This document shows positions 52,165 through 61,070 of a stretch of 64,000 bases of DNA, in pieces (position 1 is the stretch's first letter; each line of letters begins with the position of its first letter). Both the position numbers and the translations under genes were made by a program. The DNA comes from Acidimicrobiales bacterium (GTDB taxonomy: Bacteria > Actinomycetota > Acidimicrobiia > Acidimicrobiales > Aldehydirespiratoraceae): positions 1,340,669-1,404,668 of the forward strand of contig OZ220709.1 in NCBI GenBank assembly GCA_965116665.1, in the 5' to 3' direction. The notes beneath the pieces were generated by a model. It worked only from the letters and a program-made list of their open reading frames with translations, was not told the DNA's origin and searched no databases.

Positions 52165-54320
52165 CGGCGGGAGGCGATCCGCCTCTGGTGGCGGCCGCGA
52201 CGAGGATCGGCGACGCCTACACCAGCCTCGATGACGCCGGTCGTCGTGTCGCTGAGGAGATGGCCGGCGACTGTCCGGCGTCTTCGTCGGATCCGAGGGA
52301 CCCGGGACCGGTGCTGGTCGACTCCGGTGCGGGCCACCGCCGCACAGCACAGCTGTTGACCACCGCCGGCGGCAGTGACCTCCAGGATGCTGCGCAGCGT
52401 CTGGCCGAATGGGCGGAGCCGGTCGTGGAGATCGCAGGCCTTCGGCAGCGGTTGGACGGGTGGCTGCCCGCCGCGGTTTGCGAGGCACCGGTGGCGGCGC
52501 TGACGCGTCGGCTGTTGTGCGACGCCGCAGGGTTGGCCAGAACGTCGTGGTCGGCACATGCCGTGTCGGTCGCTGCGCTCGAGGGTTTCGCCCGCACGGC
52601 GATGGGCCTGGTCGACGATGCCGACTTGATCAACGAGACCGCTCTGCGGCACGACGCCGTAGAGCGGGGCTGGGAGGGCAGTGTCTTTGAGGCCTTGGTG
52701 GAGGTTTGCGGGTTCGAGCGCCTCTTCGGGAGCCTCGCCACGAGACGCAACAGATTCTCGCTGTCGAAAGCTGCGCTGTTGGATCTGCAGCGGAGCGCGT
52801 CCCGCCACGAGATCGCAGAGATGACCGGCCTGACCGCTGAGCAGACCGCGATGGCCCTCGCCACGTGCGCGTCGATCGCGCACACCGGGTACAACCGCTG
52901 GGCGGCGCATGGCGACCCGCGGTTCGTTCGCTTCGCTGCGGCTGTGGCCGCGCTCGGTGACGATGTCGGCCTCATCGACGAGCCTCGCCTTGAGAGGCTC
53001 GCTTCTGAGCGCGGCTGGGATGACCGCCTCGGTGAGTGGATCGCGTACGCGGGCTTTGTCCGCCTCAGCGGTCAGTTGGCGATGGCTGGCACTCAGCGGG
53101 CCCGGGTCAAGGCCGCTGTGAGACACCACGGCAGCGGTGTTCGCGTCGAGCAGGTTGCCGAGACCGCTGGGCTGAGCGTGAAGGCTGCGACATCGGCGGC
53201 GCGCAACATCGAGTCGGTGCGTGTCGCTGCCGGGATATGTGAGATCGTCCCGCGGCGCCGGTCGCTGGTCGAGTTCGCCCGCGCCAACAGCGACGATGTA
53301 GGCATCGTGGATGTCGAGGGCTTCGGCGTCGTGGCCGCAGCCCACGGTTACGAAGGCGGCGTCGACGAGCTCGCAGCACAGTGTGGGCTCGTTGAGATGT
53401 TCGGGCGGTTCGCCCTCAGAGCCACCACTGACGCCGCGGTGAAGGCGGCGTTGTTGGACCTGGCGCGCCCCGCCGTGGTCGCCGAACTGTCGGAAGCGAC
53501 GGGACGCAGCCCCAAGGCGGTGTCGCATGCCCTCACCGAGACAGAGTCGATCGTGCAGGTCGGGCGGCGCTGGACCATTGACACAGACGACGGCGCGTTG
53601 GGCCACTTCGCCGCCACCGCAGCCGACGCAACAGACGACGTCGGACTCATCAACGAACAGGCCCTCCACGATCTCGCCGATGAGCGGGGCTGGTCGGACC
53701 GGTACGACGACCTGGTCGCCGCGTGCGGCCTAGCCCGCATAGGGGGCCGTCTCGCGTTGGACAACACCCATCGAGCCGCCATCAAGGCGGTACTGCTCAA
53801 CGTGGGCCGCCCGGCCACCACCCGCGAAGTCGCCGCCGCTGCCGGCGTGACCGCCGCCGCGGCCGTCAACGTGTTGACGACCATCGCGTCGGTGACACGG
53901 ATACGGCCCTCTGTGTGGGCCACAACCGACATGGCCGGCGGGGTCTATGCCCGCTTCGGCGCCGCATTGGAGTTGTGCAGCGACGACGCCGGACTCATCG
54001 ACGAGACCCAGCTCAGAGACATCGCCCAGCACCAAGGCTGGGGCATGTCCGTTGATGAGTTGATCGACGTGTGCGGGTTGCCGCGGCTGCACGGAACCTT
54101 GGCGATGGACGCCACCGCCGCCGCGGCCGCCAAGGCCGCGCTCATGAAGCTGGGCCGGCCTGCCACGCTGCACGAGCTCGCCGACATCACCGGACACCGC
54201 TACGGCACCATCAACAGCGCCCTGTCCCGGGTCGGTTCCGTGCAGCGGATCACTCGGGGCGCACGCACCGAACGAGGCCTCCTCGCGGTGCGTGACCCCG
54301 CACAACCCGCCGCCCAATAG
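52158..54320 (+). CDS. 720-aa protein built from five tandem ~115-aa wHTH-like repeats
   Basis: ORF 52158..54320. Each repeat starts F(A/G)..(x)DD(A/V)G(L/I)I(D/N)E..L...A..(R/Q)GW and ends with a ...GRPAT..E(L/V)A...G...A......(I/V)..V block. Repeats start near residues 145, 258, 372, 484 and 600. Confidence 0.65.
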   Translation: MLTAGGDPPLVAAATRIGDAYTSLDDAGRRVAEEMAGDCPASSSDPRDPGPVLVDSGAGHRRTAQLLTTAGGSDLQDAAQRLAEWAEPVVEIAGLRQRLDGWLPAAVCEAPVAALTRRLLCDAAGLARTSWSAHAVSVAALEGFARTAMGLVDDADLINETALRHDAVERGWEGSVFEALVEVCGFERLFGSLATRRNRFSLSKAALLDLQRSASRHEIAEMTGLTAEQTAMALATCASIAHTGYNRWAAHGDPRFVRFAAAVAALGDDVGLIDEPRLERLASERGWDDRLGEWIAYAGFVRLSGQLAMAGTQRARVKAAVRHHGSGVRVEQVAETAGLSVKAATSAARNIESVRVAAGICEIVPRRRSLVEFARANSDDVGIVDVEGFGVVAAAHGYEGGVDELAAQCGLVEMFGRFALRATTDAAVKAALLDLARPAVVAELSEATGRSPKAVSHALTETESIVQVGRRWTIDTDDGALGHFAATAADATDDVGLINEQALHDLADERGWSDRYDDLVAACGLARIGGRLALDNTHRAAIKAVLLNVGRPATTREVAAAAGVTAAAAVNVLTTIASVTRIRPSVWATTDMAGGVYARFGAALELCSDDAGLIDETQLRDIAQHQGWGMSVDELIDVCGLPRLHGTLAMDATAAAAAKAALMKLGRPATLHELADITGHRYGTINSALSRVGSVQRITRGARTERGLLAVRDPAQPAAQ

Positions 54321-54419
54321 CCGACCGCAGCAAGTACGCCGCTGCTGACCCGACGACGATGATCCGCGGTCGCGTGCTCGAGGAGCTGGTTCCGGGTGGT
54401 CTAGTGGCGGGTCGGGGCC

Positions 54420-55811
54420 TCAAACAGCGGGGTGCTCGCTCACGTCGATGGTCTGGATCCAGCCGGGGACGTCATGGGATTCGCATTGGTCGGTGAGGGC
54501 TGCGATGACGCAGCGGGCTCCTGGGGGCCTGGTTGGGGGCCAGGGGGTCCAGCCGTCGGTGATGACGACGATGGCGTCGGGGCTGGTCTCGGCCGCGGCT
54601 GCGATGCCGGCGGCCATGTCGGTGCCGCCGCAGCCCTGGAGCTCGATTTGGGTGGTGTTGTGGATGCGCTGGTCGGTGTGGACTTCGGTGTCCACCGACA
54701 GGACTCTGACACAGTCGCCGGGAACGACGGTGGCGATGATGGCGCCGATCTCGGTGAGGGCCCGGTCGAGCTCGTCGTCGGACATGGATCCAGAGGTGTC
54801 CACCACGACTGTGATGGACGGTATGGGGCGGGTCATGGCCGGGCGCAGTACGGGGTCTTGTGGTTGTTGGCGCCTCGAGGGTCGCTGCCACGTGTAGTCG
54901 GCCGTGCCGGTGGTGTGGTGGGTGCTGGTGCGCAGCGCCGCTGTCAGCTGTTGGCGCCAGTCGACGGTGGGGTTCAGGGTCTGGGCGGCCCAGCGGTCGA
55001 GGCCGTGGGGGATGCTTCCGGGGCCGTTGATCTTGCGATGCTCCGCGATCGCCGACGCGACGGAGTGGCGCACCAGTTTTTGGTCGAGGTCGCTGAGCGG
55101 CGCGGTGTCTGAGGGCAGTTCGTGTGGTGCGGGGTGGCTGTGACACCCGGAGCCGCACGCGTCGGACACCGATACTTCCGCGGGCACGGCACCGTCGAGG
55201 AGTTGCCGGTAGTAGTGCTCAGCGGGCAGCAGGTCGTCCATGCCGAAGGTCTCTGGGAACAGCCATTGGTCATAATCGGTGTCGTCGATCAGGTCGTCTT
55301 CGTGGAGGTCGTCGTTGATCTCGCAGTCGCTGGCTGCGTTCCACAGCGGCGCAGTTATGGCGTCCACGCCCGCGTTGCGGGCTCTTGGCGCGTGGTCGCG
55401 CAGAGCGTGGTTGAGCACGTGCACCAGCTCCGTGGCGGCCCGCTCGACGGTGAGCGTCTCCAGGAACGCGCCGTTGGCGTAGATGCGCCAGGTCTCGTCG
55501 ATGCTGATTCTGGGCGCGGCGGTGGGGATGACCGGGCACGAGAAGAGCGCCTTGGCGTAGTAGGGGCGGTTGGCGGCGATCCACAGCCGCGCCGCCTGCA
55601 GGCGGCGCTGCGCGTCGCGGCTCAACTCGTTGGGCGGCCGCGGCGGGGACTGCGCGGCGACGGTGGGCCCGCCGTCGCCGCGCTCGGCGCTGTGGCCCGG
55701 TGTGACGTCGCGGCTGTCGTCCCGGCTGTTGTCGTGGCTGTGGCTGTGGGCGCGGCCGGGTCTGTGGGGCCTGTGACGGCGGTCGCCGCCGTCGGGGCTG
55801 TCAGCGGTCAT
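54420..55811 (-). CDS. DUF2201-type protein: metallopeptidase-like N-domain + VWA domain
   Basis: ORF 54420..55811. Has HVLNHALRDH where this family normally has HExxH. VWA MIDAS motif VVVDTSGSMSDDELD. His/Arg/Asp-rich low-complexity N-terminus. Confidence 0.8.
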   Translation of the reverse strand: MTADSPDGGDRRHRPHRPGRAHSHSHDNSRDDSRDVTPGHSAERGDGGPTVAAQSPPRPPNELSRDAQRRLQAARLWIAANRPYYAKALFSCPVIPTAAPRISIDETWRIYANGAFLETLTVERAATELVHVLNHALRDHAPRARNAGVDAITAPLWNAASDCEINDDLHEDDLIDDTDYDQWLFPETFGMDDLLPAEHYYRQLLDGAVPAEVSVSDACGSGCHSHPAPHELPSDTAPLSDLDQKLVRHSVASAIAEHRKINGPGSIPHGLDRWAAQTLNPTVDWRQQLTAALRTSTHHTTGTADYTWQRPSRRQQPQDPVLRPAMTRPIPSITVVVDTSGSMSDDELDRALTEIGAIIATVVPGDCVRVLSVDTEVHTDQRIHNTTQIELQGCGGTDMAAGIAAAAETSPDAIVVITDGWTPWPPTRPPGARCVIAALTDQCESHDVPGWIQTIDVSEHPAV

Positions 55812-55859
55812 GGCGCCCTCCCGGCGTGAGGGGTTTGCGGGTCCGGCTGGTGTGTGCGG

Positions 55860-57008
55860 TCATGTGTCGGGCTGCTCGTCGAGCAGGCCGGTGTCGGTGA
55901 GGATCCGGGCGAAGATCTCGTGGCCGGGCGGCAGCCGCGCGGTCGTCGGTTTGGTCTGGGCGAGGCGCATCGCGGCCGACGCGGCCACATCCGGCGCGCC
56001 GCAGCCGGCGGCGACGATGCACACCCGGAACGCGTCGCTCCAACGCTCGGGGTCCGCGGCCGCGGCCGCGACGACAGCGTCGAGCGCCGCGAACTGCTGA
56101 TCGGTCCGCTCCAGCTCCGCGAATTTGGCCGGATGCGCGAGCAAGTCCCTGGGGTCGGGCAGGTCCAGGTTGCGCAGATAGTTGAGATATTCGGCCGCGG
56201 GGCCCTCGCCGATCAGCGCGGACGCGACCAGCAGCCGGACCTCGTCGGCGACCCCGGCGGCGTCGGCGATGGCCAAGCAGTCCGCGAGCCGTTCCCATGA
56301 GCGCGGCGAGGGCCAGCCCCGCAGGTTGGCGCCGTTGTTGGGCACGCCGCACACCAGCGCCGGGCGGGCCGCCAGAAACGAGGTCTGCAGCCACTTGATC
56401 AGCTCGTAGTTGTGGGGGTCGACGGCCTGCGGGTCGATGTCGAGGGGTTCGGGGTCGGGCCACCCACCGAGGTAGCCGGCCCGCCAATCCTCGAAGTTCA
56501 CGGGCCAGTCGAGGTGCGCGAACCGGTTCGCCAGCGGCGCGGACAGGTCCCATGCAGCTGAGTTTTGTGACGGCGGGTTGGCCGCCGCCGCGAACCGGAC
56601 CTTCTCTCCCAGCTCGAGGTCTCCGACGCGGCCCTCGAGCACCACTCTCATGAGCGCGTTCTGGGTGGCGGGGGTGGCCGTGTTGACCTCGTCGAAGAAC
56701 ACCAGCGACACGCCGTCGTGCTCTGCGGTGCGGCGTGCCCACGCCGGAGGCTCGAACGCGACTCCTGCGTCGGTGCGTACCGGCAGCCCCGCAAAATCGG
56801 TGGGATCGTGTATGGACGCGATGACTGATGTCGTGCGCCATCCGGCGAGCCGGGCGAACGCCTGGATTGTGGCGGTCTTGCCGGTGCCGGGGTCGCCCCA
56901 CAACAGCACCGGTATGCCCGCGGCCAGCAGGATCTGCATCGCTGTGAGGGTGTCGGCCTGGGTCGCGCCCGCTGCTGGGGGCGCCGCGGGTTGTTTGGTC
57001 GCGGTCAT
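55860..57008 (-). CDS. MoxR-like AAA+ ATPase (AAA_5)
   Basis: ORF 55860..57008. Walker A LLWGDPGTGKT, Walker B LVFFDEVNTATPATQNALMRVVLE, and AAANPP. Confidence 0.85.
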   Translation of the reverse strand: MTATKQPAAPPAAGATQADTLTAMQILLAAGIPVLLWGDPGTGKTATIQAFARLAGWRTTSVIASIHDPTDFAGLPVRTDAGVAFEPPAWARRTAEHDGVSLVFFDEVNTATPATQNALMRVVLEGRVGDLELGEKVRFAAAANPPSQNSAAWDLSAPLANRFAHLDWPVNFEDWRAGYLGGWPDPEPLDIDPQAVDPHNYELIKWLQTSFLAARPALVCGVPNNGANLRGWPSPRSWERLADCLAIADAAGVADEVRLLVASALIGEGPAAEYLNYLRNLDLPDPRDLLAHPAKFAELERTDQQFAALDAVVAAAAADPERWSDAFRVCIVAAGCGAPDVAASAAMRLAQTKPTTARLPPGHEIFARILTDTGLLDEQPDT

Positions 57009-57050
57009 CGCTGGATCTCCTTCATTCTTTGAGAGTTGCCGGCTGTGGCG

Positions 57051-58772
57051 TCATCGTCGGGGTGCTGTGTTGGGCGGCGTTTGCGCGGCGCGCCGCACCT
57101 CGTAGTCGGGGTCGGTCCTGAGCGCGTCGACGAGGTGTCTGGGGGTCTTGTCGTTGCTGCACACGCTGCGCCTGACCCAAGCCGTTTCGTCGTGGGCGAG
57201 GACTTCCAAGAGCTCGGTGGGTGCTGCCGGGTTCGATGCGACGCCGTCACGCACGTACCAGTCTTCGTCGCCGGCCAGCGCCGTGAGCAGCTTCGCTGAC
57301 GCGGCGGTGTTGTTGGCGACGCAGCGTCTCATGTCGGGATCCGGGTCGGTCGCCAGCTGCGCCAGCAGTTCGGGGGGTGCGGAGCGGTTGATGACGGCGC
57401 TGGTTCGCGGCCATGGGTGCTCGTCTCCGGCGAGCAGCTTGAGAGTCCCCGGCGACGCGGCAGGGTTGTAGGCGACCCCGCCGCGCACCGAAACGCATGG
57501 ATCTGCGGCCAGCTGGTCAAGCACCTCCGGTGGGGTCCGCGGGTTGCGGGCCACGTCTCGCCGTACCTGTTCCTTGGGGTCCGCCCCCAGCGCCGCTAAC
57601 ACATCGGGGCTGACCCCGGTGCGCCACGCGATCCGGTGGCGCACCCTCAGGGACCGGTCGCGGACCCGGCCGGCGGCAAGCGCCACCGGGGTTGTCTTGT
57701 TGGTGACGGCCGCGGCGCGAACATCGGCCAGCCGGTCCCCCAACAGCGCCTCCAGCACGGCTATTGGCGTCGAGGTGTTCGACGCCACGTTGCGGCGCAC
57801 CCACACATACCCATCCGATGCCAGGTGCTCCAGGACCTCTGTCGGCGTCGACGCGGCATGCGCCACCGCGGACCGCACCTGGTCTGACTTGTCGCTGGCG
57901 AGTCGCCGCAGCGCCGATGCCGGCGCGTTCGGGTGCCACGCAGCCACATAGCGCAGCACCCAGTCGCCGCTTCGGGTCATGGCACCCAGCATCTGTGCCG
58001 TGACGGCGCGGTTCTGCGCCGCCCGCAGATCCGGCCGCACCCATCCCCCCGAGCCCATATAGCAGAAATGGCGAAGAACCCTCGGCGGGGTCTGCGGGTT
58101 GGAAGCGACCACATCCAGCACCTCAGGGGTGCTCTTGTGCTCCTCGGCCAGGCGCTGCAGCACTTTGGGCCGCGCCGCGGGATCAGACGCCGCCGCCTCA
58201 GCCCGAAGTCGTGCATCGCTGTGGGCGGCCAGCCGTGACCAGAACCCCGCCGGCAGCTCGGAGATCCAGTGGATGTCACGCTCCCACGTCAGGTAGCGCC
58301 GCTGGTGCGACACATGACACGACACCCAGCCCGGGCCCGGCAACAGCCCCCGCACCAGATTCGCCTCCAGACGCGCCGACAACGCGAACCCCAACCAGCG
58401 CGACAGCATTTCGTTGTTCATGCACACGCACACATACGCCACCGCGCCCATCAATTCCCCGGGCACCCGGACCCGCCACAGCTGCTCGGGCTGCTCGGTC
58501 GCGGCGATCGCCGACAGCCGGCCGTTCAGCCGTCTCAGATCCCAGGCCTCGACAACGCCCGCGTCGAGTGCTGCCGCCAGCGCCCAGAACCGCTCGCGGG
58601 CGCCGCGTTCGCCCCGCAGAGCCTCCAACAGCCTCACCTCGGCGTCGTTGTCCAGCACCCAGCGGTCCCCGCGCTGTGCCAGCACGCCGCTCACCGCGCC
58701 GACCGACACCACCCGCCGCTGCCGCCGACCGCTCACCGCCGACACCCCCACCAGAAGCAGACCGCCCCACAT
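57051..58772 (-). CDS. Leucine-rich-repeat-variant (LRV/HEAT-like) repeat protein
   Basis: ORF 57051..58772. More than 10 copies of the ~23-aa pattern (L)A.D....VR..VA.NP.TP..VL..L. A unique ~190-aa N-terminal region. Confidence 0.75.
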   Translation of the reverse strand: MWGGLLLVGVSAVSGRRQRRVVSVGAVSGVLAQRGDRWVLDNDAEVRLLEALRGERGARERFWALAAALDAGVVEAWDLRRLNGRLSAIAATEQPEQLWRVRVPGELMGAVAYVCVCMNNEMLSRWLGFALSARLEANLVRGLLPGPGWVSCHVSHQRRYLTWERDIHWISELPAGFWSRLAAHSDARLRAEAAASDPAARPKVLQRLAEEHKSTPEVLDVVASNPQTPPRVLRHFCYMGSGGWVRPDLRAAQNRAVTAQMLGAMTRSGDWVLRYVAAWHPNAPASALRRLASDKSDQVRSAVAHAASTPTEVLEHLASDGYVWVRRNVASNTSTPIAVLEALLGDRLADVRAAAVTNKTTPVALAAGRVRDRSLRVRHRIAWRTGVSPDVLAALGADPKEQVRRDVARNPRTPPEVLDQLAADPCVSVRGGVAYNPAASPGTLKLLAGDEHPWPRTSAVINRSAPPELLAQLATDPDPDMRRCVANNTAASAKLLTALAGDEDWYVRDGVASNPAAPTELLEVLAHDETAWVRRSVCSNDKTPRHLVDALRTDPDYEVRRAAQTPPNTAPRR

Positions 58773-58881
58773 GCCCCGAAGGTCGCGGCGGCGGCCGCCG
58801 CGACGCCGCGACCTGGGGTTTCACGCCTCGGTTGGCGGTGCTGCAGGGTCCTGTCAACGGTCACCGCCCTACCCTACAAAC

Positions 58882-58922
58882 AATTAGATCATATTCACAC
58901 GTCTCGCCCTGAATAATTAGAT
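58882..58922 (-). promoter_or_regulatory. Putative promoter of the LRV-MoxR-VWA operon, overlapped by two AATTAGAT direct repeats
   Basis: The minus strand reads TTATTC-17 nt-TATGAT (58916..58888), about 110 nt upstream of the 58772 start. AATTAGAT occurs at 58882-58889 and 58915-58922, 33 bp apart, overlapping the -10 and -35 hexamers. An AT-rich patch in otherwise GC-rich DNA. Confidence 0.3.
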
Positions 58923-59009
58923 GATAGAGTCGGGGAGATGGACGACACGCATGCCGCCGCCGCGTTCCCGGCCAGCCCGGCGACAGCGCACCGCGGCCCG
59001 GCGGCGCCG

Positions 59010-59723
59010 TCAGCGCTGGTACGCGACCCTCGGGGGTATCGAGTCTGTGAGGCTGCGCAGACGCCGCCGGAACCTGTCGTTCACGCCCGGGCCGCGTTCG
59101 GTCTCCCCCACCCGGCGCAACTCCGCGGCGCGTATCAGCGCCCCAGGGCCGAGCCGATGAGTCGTGGAACCCCGCGCCACCCAGTCGACGCACTCGTCCC
59201 ATTCATGGCCGGCGTACGCGAAGTACCGCAGCGCCTCCAGCACCGACACCTCAGCCCAGGTGAGCTCGCGGCGGGCCACGTTGGCACGCGACCGGAACTC
59301 CACGAATGCCATGTTGGCCCGCGGGGCGCGCCCCACCACACAGACCTGGCGTCTGATGGGGGGCTGCCAGTTCCAGCCGACCTGGTTGACCGCAGTGAGC
59401 GCCGCGTACCCGGCACCGGGCCCGCCAAAGCGGATCGCCTCCCTGCCCTCGTCGCGCACCACCAGATACGGCGTCGAGCCCACCGGCGCGACCCGTATGT
59501 ACCAGCCCTTGGCGACGCGTTCCACCCGCGGGTCGCGCCGCGCCATCTCACTGAGCGTCTTGGCCGCCACCCCCACGTCCCCGGGAACGTCTGTGAACTC
59601 GAACATCGTCCACACACGCCGCGCCAGCACCCACTCACACACCGCATGCGCCTGACTGCCCCGCCGGTACGCCACCGGCACAACAACTGCCCGATCATCA
59701 CCCTCAGCGCCGCCACCAACCAT
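59010..59723 (-). CDS. Hypothetical wHTH protein, weakly AbiEi-antitoxin-like
   Basis: ORF 59010..59723. AAKTLSEMARRDPRVERVAKGWYIRV resembles the AbiEi N-terminal L..L...G.l.R...G.Y pattern. The start is probably an internal Met (MFEFTD). Confidence 0.4.
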   Translation of the reverse strand: MVGGGAEGDDRAVVVPVAYRRGSQAHAVCEWVLARRVWTMFEFTDVPGDVGVAAKTLSEMARRDPRVERVAKGWYIRVAPVGSTPYLVVRDEGREAIRFGGPGAGYAALTAVNQVGWNWQPPIRRQVCVVGRAPRANMAFVEFRSRANVARRELTWAEVSVLEALRYFAYAGHEWDECVDWVARGSTTHRLGPGALIRAAELRRVGETERGPGVNDRFRRRLRSLTDSIPPRVAYQR

Positions 59724-59845
59724 GGAATCAACATACCTCGTTATGACGCTTCAGCATCCGGCCCCAGCGCCGGGAACCGCAGCCGGCTTGCTGTCGTGGC
59801 GGTGCGCGACAGCCGCGGCCATAGGCTCCACCGATGAACGCGTAG

Positions 59846-60733
59846 ATGTTGTTACCTAGCGACCGCGAGTTTCTCGAGGGCTTCGAGTTCGCCTCCGAGC
59901 GCGCCTGGGACGACGACCCCGCCCTGGCCGACGCGGCGGTCGGGCGCGTGATGCTGCTGGGCGACATCCACAACCAGCGCCACGTTCTCGATGCGGCGCT
60001 GCGAACCGCCGCCGACGAGGACTGCGACGTGCTCGTCCAGGTCGGCGACTTCTGGCTGCAGGACCGAAACTGGCGCGGCTTCACGCCCGAACACGCGCAG
60101 GTAATGTGCTCAGCGGTGCACGCCGACATGCCGGTGGTAGTCATCGACGGCAACCACGAGGTCTGGCCGTCTCTGTCACGATTCTTGGAGCGCGACGACA
60201 CCGCCGAGGCCCGAGCCGCGGGCCGGCCGCTGCACCTGGGCGGCTCCCTGTGGTGGGCCGACCGCGGCAGCACCTGGAGCTGGTCAGATAGACGGTTCGG
60301 GGCGCTCGGCGGCACCGTGTCCCCTGACAAGTGGAAGCCCCACGCCGCGCCGTGGCGCTGGCCAGCCGAGATGATCACCCAACAAGACCTCGATCGGTTC
60401 ACACAGAACGCCGCCGGCGGGCTCGATGTGCTGATCAGCCACGACGCTCCCGCTGACACCATCGGCCTCATCGCCGGAGTCTGGATGCCCCCATCCGTGC
60501 AAGGCGAAGCCGACACCGCGCAACTGTTGGTGCAAGGCGCTGTGGACGTGAGCAACCCGGCGCTGGTGTTCCACGGACATTGGCACCAACAGAACCGGTA
60601 TCGCCTCCACAACGGAACCGAGGTCATCGGACTCGCAGCCGACGGGCACCCCCCGAGCGCGGCCGTGCTGTCAATCAGGGATCTCCAAGCACACTACGTG
60701 GACCCCTTCCAGCGCTCGCGCCGTCGCGCCTAG
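59846..60733 (+). CDS. Calcineurin-like metallophosphoesterase
   Basis: ORF 59846..60733. Motifs: LLGDIHN, QVGDFW, IDGNHE, ISHDAP, VFHGHWH. Confidence 0.75.
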   Translation: MLLPSDREFLEGFEFASERAWDDDPALADAAVGRVMLLGDIHNQRHVLDAALRTAADEDCDVLVQVGDFWLQDRNWRGFTPEHAQVMCSAVHADMPVVVIDGNHEVWPSLSRFLERDDTAEARAAGRPLHLGGSLWWADRGSTWSWSDRRFGALGGTVSPDKWKPHAAPWRWPAEMITQQDLDRFTQNAAGGLDVLISHDAPADTIGLIAGVWMPPSVQGEADTAQLLVQGAVDVSNPALVFHGHWHQQNRYRLHNGTEVIGLAADGHPPSAAVLSIRDLQAHYVDPFQRSRRRA

Positions 60734-61070
60734 ACGCTGGCGGGTCGCCGCGTCTCACGCCCGTCAGGGGATGTGAACTGCAAGCATGGCCGTCCTGTAC
60801 TTGCAGTTCAAGCTCACGAAGCGCCGAACAACTCCGGTCCCCCGCACGGGAAGAGCGTGACGCACGTCATGGCCGACATCTGGTCGGGTTGGTTGATGGG
60901 CGCCGGTGGCGGCTACTACGGTGCTCGTTGCCACTCAACACCGGGGTTTGCCGAAACCCCGTCATGTAACCCGGCCATGTGTTGGCCGTAGCGCTGCCAT
61001 GGTCCTCCCTGGCCGGGTTACAAGGTGTTGAGTGGCTTCAGCGCCATACGACCAACCAGGGGGGGCCACC

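Noticed and set aside
51732-53669. ORF 51732..53669 (-, 645 aa) and ORFs 52217..52975 / 53348..53932 (-).
   Set aside because: They are antisense to the wHTH paralogue and the five-repeat protein. The plus-strand products show a regular 115-aa periodicity and a paralogue elsewhere in the window. The minus-strand products are R/A/S-rich without structure.
55801-56901. ORF 55801..56901 (-, 366 aa), and the plus-strand ORFs 55122..55829 and 54432..55112.
   Set aside because: They are off-frame or antisense overlaps of the MoxR and VWA genes. Walker A/B and MIDAS motifs occur only in the accepted frames.
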